The notes under the pieces: generated by a model
Told to the model about the DNA's origin: nothing
Seen by the model: the letters and a program-made list of their open reading frames with translations, nothing else
The model's database searches: none
Source of the DNA: Ilyomonas sp.
GTDB lineage: Bacteria > Bacteroidota > Bacteroidia > Chitinophagales > Chitinophagaceae
Direction of reading: 5' to 3'
NCBI GenBank assembly: GCA_965277535.1
Contig: OZ255825.1
Span: 900,227-964,226 of the forward strand
DNA: 64,000 bases
Shown: positions 38,063 to 47,960 of the stretch, one piece after another
Numbering within the stretch: the stretch's first letter is position 1
How the letters are laid out: the number at the start of each line of letters is the position of its first letter
Translations under genes and position numbers: made by a program

Positions 38063-40435
38063 TTATTCCGTTCTCAAACTCTTTACAGGATTGGCAATCG
38101 CTGCTTTAATGCTTTGATAGCTTACCGTTATTACTGCGATTAAAACAGACAATAAACCCGCACCTGCAAACACCCACCATTCAATAGAAATGCGATACGT
38201 GTAAGAGGAAAGCCAGCGGCTCATTGCCCACCAGGCAATGGGCGAGGCAATAACAAAAGACACAATCACCAGCGTTAAAAAGTCTTTCGATAACAAGGTG
38301 GTAATGTTGGTAACGCTGGCACCCAATACTTTGCGCACACCTATTTCTTTGATGCGGTTTTCAGCCATGTAAGTTGCCAAACCAAACAAACCCAAACAGG
38401 AAATAAAAATGGTTAAGCCGGCAAACAAACCAGCCAGTGTGCCGGTGCGTTGTTCTTCCTGAAATTTGAGTGCATAAGCTTCGTCAACAAATTTGTAATC
38501 GAATGGATATTGCGGGTTGTACTTCTTAAATACATGTTCTGCCAATTGCAATGCTTCAGCAGTTGACTTTTGCGGATTCAGTTTGAAATGAACGATGTTG
38601 AATCCTGATGATGCCGGACCTTGCACCACCAACTGTTGTACTTTTTCGTAAGGCGATTGATAAATAAAATCTTTTACTACACCCACCACATACCAGTCTT
38701 TCCCATCCGATTTTACAATCTGCCCAATCGGATTTTTAAATCGCATCATTTTTACCGCCGTTTCATTCAGAAGCATCGCGGTACTATCGGCAGGATAATT
38801 CTTTATATCAATGTCTCTTCCCTGCAACAAGGTAACGCCCATTGTCTTTACAAAATCGGCGTCAGAAGTCATTCTTACAAAGTCAGTTTTTTCATCGCCT
38901 GGTTGTGCGCCTTGCCAGCTAAAGCCCCAACTATCGCTGTATCGCTGCGTTATCGGGCTCATGCTTTTGGTAACCGCAATGGCAGCACGACTGCTTAACA
39001 ATTCATCTTTAATTGCATCGTAATGTTTGGCTATATCGCCTTGTATGAAGGTGTAAACCAACTGGTCCCGCTTATAACCTGCATCACGGCTTTGCGCGTA
39101 TTTTATCTGGCGTTGAACAATGATGGTGCAGATGATTAAGGCAATGGCGAATGTGAACTGTAACACCACCAAAACCTTGCGTGGTGTTACCAAAGCATGA
39201 GCTGCTTTGAATGTCCCCTTTAATACTTTTACTGGTTGATAAGACGATAAATAAAACGCCGGATAACTCCCTGCAATAAAACCTGTAAAAACAATAAATG
39301 AAAGAAAAAACAGCAAAAACAAAGGGTTGCCATAACCAATGTAAAGCTCTTTGCCTACCAGTGTATTAAAAGGCGACAAACAAAGCTGAACAATAACAAC
39401 AGCAAGCACTCCGGCAATGAACGAAAGCAAAATACTTTCGCCGATAAACTGCGCAACGAGCGAACTTTTTTGCGCGCCAACCACTTTGCGAATGCCTACT
39501 TCTTTCGCGCGTTTTTCGCTGCGCGCGGTTGATAAATTCATGAAATTGATGCAGGCGATGAGCAAAATAAAAAGCGCGATTATAGCAAACAGTTTTACCA
39601 TTTCAATACGACCACCTACAAACTTTCCGTTCTCCGATTTTGAGTACAGCCACGTGTCGCGCAAGGGTTGTGTAAACACTTGCGTTGTGTTTTTATCGCC
39701 ATCTTTTGTGTGATTGATGGTGATGTTTTTTATTTTCGCATCAAACGCATCATGGCTTACGCCCGGCTTTAATAAAATATAAGTTTGAATAGAGTTGTTG
39801 CCCCAATATTCATCATCGTATCCTATCTTCTTCATGTATTGCCAAGGCAACAAATATTCAAAGTTGAAAGTAGTGTTGTTGGGAAGGTCTTTTAAAACAC
39901 CACTCACCGTAAAATTATCGGTACTGTCAATTCGCACCACTTGGCCAACCGCATCGGTGGTGCCGAATAATTTGTTTGCTAATTTTTCTGTGATGACAAT
40001 ATTGCTGATACTGCTCAAAGCATTGCCTGCATTGCCTTTCAGGAGAGGAAAAGAAAACATTGAAAGAAAAGAAGGATCGGTAAAATAGCCTTGTGCATTC
40101 AGGTGCTTCTCACCAACCGTAAACAAAAAATTATTTTGGTTTACTCTCGCAACATCTTCAATGTCATTAGCATATTCAAGTCTTAATGTTTGTCCTAAAA
40201 TTTTAGGAGTGGTAGTCCATGCCCAAACATCACCATTAAATTTGTCTCGGTTGGCAGCAATATACAGGCGGTTTTCTTTTGCATGAAAACGATCCATGCT
40301 TAGTTCATTTTGTATCCATAACAAAATCATAACAGCACTTGCCATCCCAATGGCAAGACCTGAAATGTTGATGAATGAAAAAACTTTGTTGCGAAGCAAA
40401 TTGCGCCATGCAATGGTGAAAAAGTTCTTTATCAT
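38063..40435 (-). CDS. MacB/FtsX-like ABC permease, copy 1 (790 aa)
   Basis: Start set at MIKNFF. Two FtsX motifs. Ends ANPVKSLRTE. Confidence 0.92.
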   Translation of the reverse strand: MIKNFFTIAWRNLLRNKVFSFINISGLAIGMASAVMILLWIQNELSMDRFHAKENRLYIAANRDKFNGDVWAWTTTPKILGQTLRLEYANDIEDVARVNQNNFLFTVGEKHLNAQGYFTDPSFLSMFSFPLLKGNAGNALSSISNIVITEKLANKLFGTTDAVGQVVRIDSTDNFTVSGVLKDLPNNTTFNFEYLLPWQYMKKIGYDDEYWGNNSIQTYILLKPGVSHDAFDAKIKNITINHTKDGDKNTTQVFTQPLRDTWLYSKSENGKFVGGRIEMVKLFAIIALFILLIACINFMNLSTARSEKRAKEVGIRKVVGAQKSSLVAQFIGESILLSFIAGVLAVVIVQLCLSPFNTLVGKELYIGYGNPLFLLFFLSFIVFTGFIAGSYPAFYLSSYQPVKVLKGTFKAAHALVTPRKVLVVLQFTFAIALIICTIIVQRQIKYAQSRDAGYKRDQLVYTFIQGDIAKHYDAIKDELLSSRAAIAVTKSMSPITQRYSDSWGFSWQGAQPGDEKTDFVRMTSDADFVKTMGVTLLQGRDIDIKNYPADSTAMLLNETAVKMMRFKNPIGQIVKSDGKDWYVVGVVKDFIYQSPYEKVQQLVVQGPASSGFNIVHFKLNPQKSTAEALQLAEHVFKKYNPQYPFDYKFVDEAYALKFQEEQRTGTLAGLFAGLTIFISCLGLFGLATYMAENRIKEIGVRKVLGASVTNITTLLSKDFLTLVIVSFVIASPIAWWAMSRWLSSYTYRISIEWWVFAGAGLLSVLIAVITVSYQSIKAAIANPVKSLRTE

Positions 40436-40446
40436 AATTGCCGGTT

Positions 40447-40474
40447 GTGAATGGTGAGATGTGAGTAGTGAATG
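40447..40474. repeat. 7-bp tandem repeat GTGAATG GTGAGAT GTGAGTA GTGAATG
   Basis: Reverse complement of the CATTCAC/TACTCAC heptamers at 33134, 38031, 50322 and 59881. Confidence 0.7.
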
Positions 40475-40515
40475 ATTTTTCAATTACCCGTTAACAATAA
40501 ACCATTAACAATTTC

Positions 40516-40531
40516 CCAACGCTTATGCCAA
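40516..40531 (-). promoter_or_regulatory. Candidate sigma-54 -24/-12 promoter for the permease array
   Basis: TTGGCATAAGCGTTGG: GG-N10-G(G), exact spacing with one mismatch at the -12 C. Confidence 0.5.
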
Positions 40532-40580
40532 CGCTGAAACGCAATGCAGATAAGGACTTTAGCGATTTATAAAAAATAAA

Positions 40581-40610
40581 GTGTCCGATAACGAACACTT
40601 ATTGTACGAT
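40581..40610. promoter_or_regulatory. Candidate enhancer (UAS) for an NtrC-type activator
   Basis: GTGTCCG-ATAA-CGAACAC dyad, plus a degenerate half-site TGTACGAT 21 bp away. Confidence 0.45.
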
Positions 40611-40622
40611 TTTATGATGGCT

Positions 40623-40680
40623 GTCTGAACTGCGATGAATGGGATGAACGGGATGTTTCGGATTGTTGGGATAGGGATAC
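40623..40680. repeat. Family B repeat (GTCTGAAC followed by 9-bp-period GGATG units)
   Basis: GTCTGAACTG CGATGAATG GGATGAACG GGATGTTTC GGATTGTTG GGATAGGGA. Homolog at 43601. Confidence 0.7.
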
Positions 40681-40769
40681 TGACAAATAAACCCCGCTTT
40701 TTGTCGTCGTTTCGAAATGGATGGAAGGCTAAAAAAACAGGCAAAACCAAAAATGTCAACTTGTAAAAT

Positions 40770-40797
40770 CTTCGCTCCTTTGTGTCTTTGCGGTAAA
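40770..40797. repeat. Single arm of a family A repeat
   Basis: CTTCGCTCCTTTGTGTCTTTGCGGT resembles the right arms at 779-795 and 19233-19257. Confidence 0.6.
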
Positions 40798-40814
40798 AAC
40801 AAAAAGCAATCTCT

Positions 40815-41714
40815 TTACACTTTCCTTCTTACAAAACTACTGGTGGTTACTTCGTTCAACTGATACACCGGGCAACCGCCTTTTTGCGTGGTAACAAAGG
40901 CACCCAATTTATTAGCAAAATCTAAAATGTGCTGGTAAGGAATACGGTCAAGCAATTGAAAAATAACGGCTGCTAAAAACGAATCACCGCTGCCAACGGT
41001 ATCGGCAACCGTTACATGATAACCTTCGTGGCTGTGTAAGGTATCACCTACTTTTAGCAAAGCGCCTTCCGCACCTTTGGTCACAATCACAATGTTTAAA
41101 TTGAATTTTTCCTGCAGAAACAAAATGGCTTCTTCCTCATTTTTGTAAGCCGTAAACCAATCGGTAATAAGCTTTAATTCAGCTTCATTCAGCTTTACAA
41201 TATCAGCTTTTTGGAGCAGCGTTTCAATTAACTCCTGGCTATAATGAGGCGCACGCAAATTAATATCCAGCACTTTTGTTTTTGCATCATTTATTAGTTT
41301 CAACAATGTGTTGCGCGTGGTTTCGCTTCTTGCTGCCAAAGTTCCAAACACAAAATAATCGGCTTCTTTCACCAGCTTGTTTAATGTTTCGTTGTACTGA
41401 ATGGCATCCCAGGCAACGTTGTGTACAATGTTGTACACCATTTCATGAGCCTCTTTCAAACTTGCCACCACCGTACTTGTTGGCAAGGCATCGTCTATCT
41501 GAACATATTGAGTATTGATATTTTTTTCTTTCATCACAGCTAATAATTCCTCACCAAGTTCATCATTGCCAACACGCGAAATCATCGCTGCGTTTTTACC
41601 CAGCTTTCCCAGGTGATAAGCAACATTCATTGGTGCACCGCCCGATTGTTTTCCATCGGGTAAAAAATCCCATAAAACTTCACCAAAACAAACAACAGGA
41701 TGAGAGGAATTCAT
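40815..41714 (-). CDS. PfkB-family carbohydrate kinase (fructokinase-like)
   Basis: GEVLWD, GGAPMNVA, VGNDELG, LDINLR, DTVGSGDSF. Confidence 0.9.
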   Translation of the reverse strand: MNSSHPVVCFGEVLWDFLPDGKQSGGAPMNVAYHLGKLGKNAAMISRVGNDELGEELLAVMKEKNINTQYVQIDDALPTSTVVASLKEAHEMVYNIVHNVAWDAIQYNETLNKLVKEADYFVFGTLAARSETTRNTLLKLINDAKTKVLDINLRAPHYSQELIETLLQKADIVKLNEAELKLITDWFTAYKNEEEAILFLQEKFNLNIVIVTKGAEGALLKVGDTLHSHEGYHVTVADTVGSGDSFLAAVIFQLLDRIPYQHILDFANKLGAFVTTQKGGCPVYQLNEVTTSSFVRRKV

Positions 41715-41981
41715 ACCATAGAAGATTTAGAACACAATGTTATTCATTTCAAATTTCTTTTCTCTTTTTTTGACATGACAGCTTCGCATCTTTTTATTTT
41801 ATTGGTTCCCTATTTGCGTCATATTTTCTGCGAACTTTGTAAAGAAAAAGCAACTACGACAGCCTTCGTCAAACTTATGTTAATTGGAAAATCGCTATCA
41901 ATAAAGGATTAAACAGAGTTGTTTATTTGCTATCGAAAGGAACAAATTTTGCTTTATTAAATTATAAAAAAAGAAAAACAG

Positions 41982-43532
41982 ATGAAACTCAAAAGTGTAT
42001 TTTTAGTGGTGTTGATTAGTGCAGCCACAGCTGTTTTGAGTGTTTGGGGTTATGGTAAATATATCCAGAGCGATTACTCCGACAATCAAATTACGAACGG
42101 CAAACTTCCTGTAAACTATGCCCGCTTTTTTGGAGATAAAACACCAGGCAGTACGGTAGATTTTACGGCTGCCGCTTCATCGGCAACACCCGCAGTTGTG
42201 CATATAAAAACAAGAACAAAAGCACGCCAGGTTACCAATAATTTGCCTAAAAGTAAAAACCCGTTCTCCGATTTTTTTGGCGATAATGATCCCTTTGGCG
42301 ATTTTTTCAGCGGTCCTCGTTCACAAACCATTCCTGAACAGCGTGCCAGTGGTAGTGGTGCGTTGATAAGCGATGATGGTTATATTGTTACCAACAACCA
42401 CGTAGTGGAAGGTGCTGATGAACTAACCGTTACTTTATCAAACAGAAAAACCTACAAAGGAACCGTGGTTGGTACTGACCCAAGCACCGACCTTGCCGTG
42501 GTAAAAATTGACGCTGGTAAAAACTTGCCCTACTTAGTGTATGGCAACAGCGATGATGTAAAATTGGGTCAATGGGTATTGGCAATTGGTTACCCGCTTA
42601 CGCTTGACGTAACCGTTACAGCAGGTATTGTAAGTGCCAAAGCGCGTTCTATTGGCATTAACAAAAGTAAATCTCCTGTTGAGTCGTTTATTCAAACCGA
42701 TGCGGCTGTAAACCCTGGTAACAGTGGTGGTCCATTAGTGAATACGGCTGGTGAATTAATCGGAATTAATTCTGCTATTGCTTCTCCAACGGGTTCTTAT
42801 GCAGGTTACTCTTACGCAATTCCGGTAAACATTGTTCGCAAAACTGTGAACGATTTAATTAAATATGGTGCGGTGCAAAGAGGCTACATGGGCTTGTCGT
42901 ATGCTCCTGAAACACTTACCGATGCACAGAAGAAAGCCAATGGTATTAAAGATGGCGATGGCATTTATGTAACTGGTGTTGCTGATGATGGCGCTGCTAA
43001 ACAAGCCGGCCTTCAAAAAGGCGATTTTGTTACCAAAATAAATGGTGTTACCATTAACAGCAGTGCTGAATTGCAGGAACAGTTATCGCGTTACAAACCG
43101 GGCGATAAATTAGATATTACCTATACAAGAAGCGGCACTGAAAAAACGGTGCCTGTAATATTAAAAAACAAATCGGGTACGTATGCACAGGTAAAAGCCG
43201 AAACACTTGGCGATAAACTGGGCGGCGAACTGGTAACAGTGGATGCTGCTACTGCCAAAAAGAACAATATAAGCGGTGGTGTTCAGGTGAAAAAATTAGG
43301 AAACGGTGCGTTGAAAAACAGCCGTATTCAGGAAGGATTTATCATTTTGAGTGTAAATGGTCAGGAAGTAAAATCGGTTGACGATTTGAATGCTGCATTG
43401 GCAAGCGCAACCGGAACTGTTAAGCTCGAAGGCGTTTATCCGGGATATGATGAAACCTACGGTTATCCCCTCAACTTAGGTGGTGATGACAATGGAAATG
43501 GTGATAATAACGATGATAACGGCGGTCAATAA
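41982..43532 (+). CDS. degP: DegP/DegQ (HtrA) serine endoprotease with two PDZ domains
   Basis: GSGALI, TNNHVV (His), TDLAVVK (Asp), QTDAAVNPGNSGG (Ser). Ends in a G/D/N-rich tail. Confidence 0.9.
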   Translation: MKLKSVFLVVLISAATAVLSVWGYGKYIQSDYSDNQITNGKLPVNYARFFGDKTPGSTVDFTAAASSATPAVVHIKTRTKARQVTNNLPKSKNPFSDFFGDNDPFGDFFSGPRSQTIPEQRASGSGALISDDGYIVTNNHVVEGADELTVTLSNRKTYKGTVVGTDPSTDLAVVKIDAGKNLPYLVYGNSDDVKLGQWVLAIGYPLTLDVTVTAGIVSAKARSIGINKSKSPVESFIQTDAAVNPGNSGGPLVNTAGELIGINSAIASPTGSYAGYSYAIPVNIVRKTVNDLIKYGAVQRGYMGLSYAPETLTDAQKKANGIKDGDGIYVTGVADDGAAKQAGLQKGDFVTKINGVTINSSAELQEQLSRYKPGDKLDITYTRSGTEKTVPVILKNKSGTYAQVKAETLGDKLGGELVTVDAATAKKNNISGGVQVKKLGNGALKNSRIQEGFIILSVNGQEVKSVDDLNAALASATGTVKLEGVYPGYDETYGYPLNLGGDDNGNGDNNDDNGGQ

Positions 43533-43551
43533 TCCTCTTTCATTTTTATAG

Positions 43552-43585
43552 AAAAAAGGCTGTACAAAATTGTACAGCCTTTTTT
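43552..43585 (+). terminator. Intrinsic terminator of degP
   Basis: AAAAAAGGCTGTACA-AAAT-TGTACAGCCTTTTTT. The U-tract runs into TTTGTTTTTGC. Confidence 0.88.
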
Positions 43586-43600
43586 GTTTTTGCATGAATA

Positions 43601-43668
43601 GTCTGAACTGTGATTTTTGTGATGAACGGGATTTATGAGATGTTTGGGATGAATAGGATATGGATGAA
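43601..43668. repeat. Family B repeat
   Basis: GTCTGAACTG...GTGATGAAC GGGATTTAT GAGATGTTT GGGATGAAT AGGATATGG. Confidence 0.7.
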
Positions 43669-43720
43669 GCTATAAGTTTTGTTTTGCCTGAATATTCAAT
43701 CTTACTTATTCAATCTAGCA

Positions 43721-43750
43721 AATCCGTGCACGCAGTCCGTGTCATCCGTG
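43721..43750. repeat. Short (A/G)TCCGTG triplicate repeat
   Basis: AATCCGTG..AGTCCGTG TCATCCGTG just after the DUF5916 stop. Confidence 0.45.
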
Positions 43751-43757
43751 TTTTATC

Positions 43758-45935
43758 TCACGGGTTCCACCAATAATTCAACTTGATAACCAGGGCTCTT
43801 GTTTTTGTCCCAAAAGGCGTTGAGAAATAATTATCAGTATAAACAATAAACAAATCAGAAGCTGGCTTGTACCGCCACTGAAAGCGAGAATTGATATTGA
43901 TGTTATTTGCCTGTTGATTGTATTGAATGTAAGTAGTAAAAAACAAGGTATTTGTAAACGTCACATCAATGCGCGGCCCGATAAGCCAGAAGTGTTTGTT
44001 GCCCCAGGGCTGCGGCAACATCAGGTCGCTGTAGGCCGCATTCATGGTAATGTTTACATAAGGCTGAAAACGATAACCAATAGAGCCACCAGCCGTAAAC
44101 AAATGCCCGTTATCATAGTAAGTTCCCCACCGCAAAGTAGCCGTATAAGTAAACGTGTGCTGTGGTTGCGAAGCGTAATCGAATCCTAGTAAATTGTAAC
44201 GGTGAATGCTACCAGTTGGCAACGAATCTTTGGTTACGTTGGTAGGATCGAATGGTGCCAATAATCTTACATAATCGTTTTGCGCCTGCACCGACAATGT
44301 GCTTTTGTTACGAAACGCAAACAGCCAGGCAAACACATCTTCATGATCGGTGCCATGAAATTTGGTATCGAAAAAATAATTCATAGTTAATTGCGGACCA
44401 TGCGTTAAGATGATACCATTCTTCGGGAAAAAAAAACGCGTGATTTGCGGATTGAGCTTGATAAAATTAGTACGCGGCACATAGCCAACTTCTGCATTAT
44501 AGTTTTTGCCTACATACTCATATTGACCATAAATCAACCATTTACGGCTGCTGTATTGCAGGTTGGTAGCCTGCGTAAAATCATTGCCGCTTTTGCCCGG
44601 CGTGAACGATTTTAAAAACAAAGCCTTGCCGGTAAACACATTGTTTGCAGATGCCAGGTTGTATTCAAGTCCTAAATTACGATTGTATCTCGTTGCAATG
44701 TTTTTAATGCTATCGTTATAAAAAGGATGATAATCCAATGCGGTTTTATCAACGTAAATCAATCCAATATTCGAGCGTTTAAAAACCTTTTGCTGCAACG
44801 AAACAACAGCATAATTTTCAGCAGGCATACCTTCTTCTGTGTTACCGGCAGTTTCCATGTCCATCACTCCTATCCGTAAGGTTTTGTTCAGCTTTCCGCT
44901 CAATCGCAAACCGCCGTTGATAGGAACGTTCAAACCAATCCTTCTAGAAAAAAAAGGACGAATATCGGCATAACCAAAATTGCCAAATAAGTCGCCGTTC
45001 TCTAAAAAGAATTGTCGCTTTTCAGGAAAAAACAATTCATACCTGCTTAAGTTAATCAACTGCTGATCCACTTCAACCTGCGAAAAATCGGGATGTACCG
45101 TGAGGTCTAAATTCATAGCGGTTGAAAATGTAAACTTTGCATCAACACCTTCTCTGCCTAAAATACCGGAGGCTTTTCCGGAAGTAAAATCTTTATTAGT
45201 GCTCCCTAAAAAATAGGGAATAATGGAAACGTTGCTGTGTGGTGTGGGTGGTGCAGCGTCCCAAACCAACGTACCTGTGTAAGCCAGCGATGCGGTTGGA
45301 AACTGACGCGGAACCGGTGTCCAACTGCTTTTTTCGGTTGTCTTTAAATCATTGCGGCTAAAGTTGATTCCCCAATGCAACATGTCTTTTTTATAACGCA
45401 ATGTTTTGAAAGGAATGGCAGCTTCAAACACCCATTTTGTGCTATCGTTTTTTACAGCAGAAAGCCATTTGTTATCCCAGTTTAAATCCACACTTCCACC
45501 CTGATACATTGTGCCATCCCACTGCGCGCCTTCAGCATTTGCGCCAAACGAAAAGCCAGTAGTACCATCTTCAAACGGATCCATAAAAAGAAGGAAATTA
45601 TCATTCTTGCCAAAAGCAAAATCTCGATGCAGCGATTCCACCATGTTCACACCTTTTACGGCTTTGTAGCAGGTAGCCAGCAAATAAAAATAGTGTTCGT
45701 CGTAGGTTACTTTCACTTCTGTTTTTACCTGCGCATAGCTGGTATCCATCGGCAACACCATAAAAAAGTTATTAGCAGGTTGTGCTTCCTGCCATGCCGG
45801 TTCATTGCCATTGCCATCTATGTTTATGAGTGATGATGCTTTGTGAATGTGAAGCTGAAACGCTGCATTTTTCTTTTGAGCAAATGAATAGAAAACGATG
45901 TGAAAAAGGCAAATGACAAACAACAGTTGCTTCAT
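43758..45935 (-). CDS. CBM9-like / DUF5916 outer membrane protein
   Basis: Signal peptide, INIDGNGNEPAW CBM9-type start, WGINF, PDFSQVE, FPEKRQFFLE, SRRIGL, SRFQW. Start set at MKQLLF. Confidence 0.8.
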   Translation of the reverse strand: MKQLLFVICLFHIVFYSFAQKKNAAFQLHIHKASSLINIDGNGNEPAWQEAQPANNFFMVLPMDTSYAQVKTEVKVTYDEHYFYLLATCYKAVKGVNMVESLHRDFAFGKNDNFLLFMDPFEDGTTGFSFGANAEGAQWDGTMYQGGSVDLNWDNKWLSAVKNDSTKWVFEAAIPFKTLRYKKDMLHWGINFSRNDLKTTEKSSWTPVPRQFPTASLAYTGTLVWDAAPPTPHSNVSIIPYFLGSTNKDFTSGKASGILGREGVDAKFTFSTAMNLDLTVHPDFSQVEVDQQLINLSRYELFFPEKRQFFLENGDLFGNFGYADIRPFFSRRIGLNVPINGGLRLSGKLNKTLRIGVMDMETAGNTEEGMPAENYAVVSLQQKVFKRSNIGLIYVDKTALDYHPFYNDSIKNIATRYNRNLGLEYNLASANNVFTGKALFLKSFTPGKSGNDFTQATNLQYSSRKWLIYGQYEYVGKNYNAEVGYVPRTNFIKLNPQITRFFFPKNGIILTHGPQLTMNYFFDTKFHGTDHEDVFAWLFAFRNKSTLSVQAQNDYVRLLAPFDPTNVTKDSLPTGSIHRYNLLGFDYASQPQHTFTYTATLRWGTYYDNGHLFTAGGSIGYRFQPYVNITMNAAYSDLMLPQPWGNKHFWLIGPRIDVTFTNTLFFTTYIQYNQQANNININSRFQWRYKPASDLFIVYTDNYFSTPFGTKTRALVIKLNYWWNP

Positions 45936-46237
45936 AAAAACGGGCTTGCAAAGAGTCGGTAAGATAAGGGCTTTATCGTCTTGTAAAGTCAATTTATAAA
46001 GAATAAATTTGGGCAAAAACAAACTCTTCAGGAAAGTAAATCAGACTACGTAAGTACTTCGTCAGAAATGATTTCAAGTAATCAAAGTAGCGCGTCATTC
46101 TTTTCTTCAATGAACTTTTAAATAATCAGCAAGGGGCTTTGTCGGAATTTTACCTCTGAATTATTTACAAATAAATTTGATGCAATACATACATTTCGTT
46201 TCCAATTTGTTTTTGCACATATTTTAATGGTTTATAA

Positions 46238-47674
46238 ATGAACAAACTTTTCAGATTTAATTGCGCGTTTCTTTTGTTGATAACCATACATTCTTTTGGT
46301 CAGCACATTCCTGAAACAACCAGCAGGAATTGGTTAGAAGGAATTGTAAATAATGCGATTGCCAAACCAAAACCGAACGAGAACTTTTACCAAGCACCTC
46401 CAGGCTTTGCACTTTATTTTTCTAAAGTTGATTCGTTAATCGCTCCGTATCTGGTTTACATTCCCAAAAATTATGATCCGGCGAAGCCTTCTTCATTGAT
46501 TGTTTTTTTACATGGTGGTGTTGTAAGCATAGATAGCTTTCAATATAAAAACGCATCATTTGCTCAACAGGAGCCTATCTTTTCGGTGGCAGAAAAGGAC
46601 AACGACATTGTTTTGTATCCGTTTGGTAAAAAGGATTTTGGATGGGTGAAACAACAGGCAGCATTTCAAAATATAATAACTGAAATGTCAGCGGTTGAAC
46701 AAGTGTATAATATAAATAAAAGCAATGTTTTTCTTGGTGGCATGTCTAACGGAGGTTCGGCAACATTTTGGTTTATCACTTATCATCCGCAACTCTTCAA
46801 TGCTTTTTATGCGTTCAGTGCTATGCCGAAATTGTATGGCTTAGACATCAATTTTAAAAATATCAATGAAAACAAACCGCTGTTTTCTATCAATGCAAAA
46901 GACGATGAAGGGTATTCGTTTGACAAGGTTAAATCTGTATATGAACAGCACAAAGCAGAAGCTACAGGTTGGCATTTTGATTCGGTCGAAACCGGCAATC
47001 ACGGGTTTATTTATGACGATCGGGGATTGTTTGCAATGAACGATTTATTTGCTAAGATGAATGATTTTTCATCAAAACAAAAAGTAACCTACGATTCAAT
47101 TGCAAAGGTTCTTATCAATGTTGATGCAAACGATCAGAAGTATAGAAATGAAATGGATGAAGTAAGAGAAAAGTATGGCGGTGGATCTAAAGAAATGAAA
47201 AGCCTTATTAAAAACATGCGCATTGCAGATTCACTAAACTTACTGGTTGTAGAAAACATTATAAGCAAATGGGGATGGTTGGGTGCAGATGATATAGGAA
47301 GTGAAGCGAATGAAACACTGTTTTATGTGATACAGCATAATGATTTAAAAACACAGGAAACCTATTTGCCCCTTATGAGAGAAGCTGTAAAAAATGGAAA
47401 AGCCAAAGCCAGAAATTTGGCTTTGTTGGAAGACAGGGTTGCTCACGGAGAAGGCAGAAGCCAGATTTATGGCAGCCAGTTAGCCTGGAATTTACAAACA
47501 AATACTTATGTTATTTTCCCAATGATTGACCCTGATAATTTGGATAAAAGACGCGCTTTAGTTGGCTTAGAGCCGTATGCTGATTATTTAAAATCCTTTG
47601 CTCTGACATGGAATGTTGAGCAGTATAAAAAAGAACTTTCTGAAATTAAAAGACAATTCAAGATAACTCAATAA
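46238..47674 (+). CDS. Secreted alpha/beta-hydrolase fused to a DUF6624-like C-terminal domain
   Basis: LIVFLHGG, GGMSNGG nucleophile elbow, D in AKDD, H in GNHG. Then DQKYR..KWGWLG..VIQH..LALLEDRV..QIYGSQ..NLDKRRA.VGL. Confidence 0.7.
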   Translation: MNKLFRFNCAFLLLITIHSFGQHIPETTSRNWLEGIVNNAIAKPKPNENFYQAPPGFALYFSKVDSLIAPYLVYIPKNYDPAKPSSLIVFLHGGVVSIDSFQYKNASFAQQEPIFSVAEKDNDIVLYPFGKKDFGWVKQQAAFQNIITEMSAVEQVYNINKSNVFLGGMSNGGSATFWFITYHPQLFNAFYAFSAMPKLYGLDINFKNINENKPLFSINAKDDEGYSFDKVKSVYEQHKAEATGWHFDSVETGNHGFIYDDRGLFAMNDLFAKMNDFSSKQKVTYDSIAKVLINVDANDQKYRNEMDEVREKYGGGSKEMKSLIKNMRIADSLNLLVVENIISKWGWLGADDIGSEANETLFYVIQHNDLKTQETYLPLMREAVKNGKAKARNLALLEDRVAHGEGRSQIYGSQLAWNLQTNTYVIFPMIDPDNLDKRRALVGLEPYADYLKSFALTWNVEQYKKELSEIKRQFKITQ

Positions 47675-47729
47675 AACCACTATGGAAAAGCAAAAGCCAA
47701 GAGCTATCTTTATTCATAAATAAAAGTTC

Positions 47730-47960
47730 ATGCAAACAACAGACATCCGCGAAAAACTTCATCATTTTATAGATACAATAGACGATAAAAAAGCTGAAGC
47801 TATTTACACATTATTATCGGAAGAAAATGATGTAGAGATACAGCGCAGAAGACTAATACAAGCCGAACGCGAAGTCTACCTAAAAGGCGAAGGCAAATCT
47901 TTTAGTCCACAAGAAGTAAAAGAAATGGCTCTTAACAAAGAAAAGCGAAATGCCTTATAG
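47730..47960 (+). CDS. Putative type II antitoxin
   Basis: 76 aa, overlaps the toxin gene by 11 bp, IREKLHHFID..GEGKSFS.QEVK pattern. Confidence 0.65.
   Translation: MQTTDIREKLHHFIDTIDDKKAEAIYTLLSEENDVEIQRRRLIQAEREVYLKGEGKSFSPQEVKEMALNKEKRNAL

Noticed and set aside
41858-41885. TTATGTTAATT resembling the XerD arm of a dif site
   Set aside because: No XerC-like arm ending in ATAA six bases upstream.
43479-43532. G/D/N-rich tail of DegP
   Set aside because: A short low-complexity tail with no sign of a distinct function.
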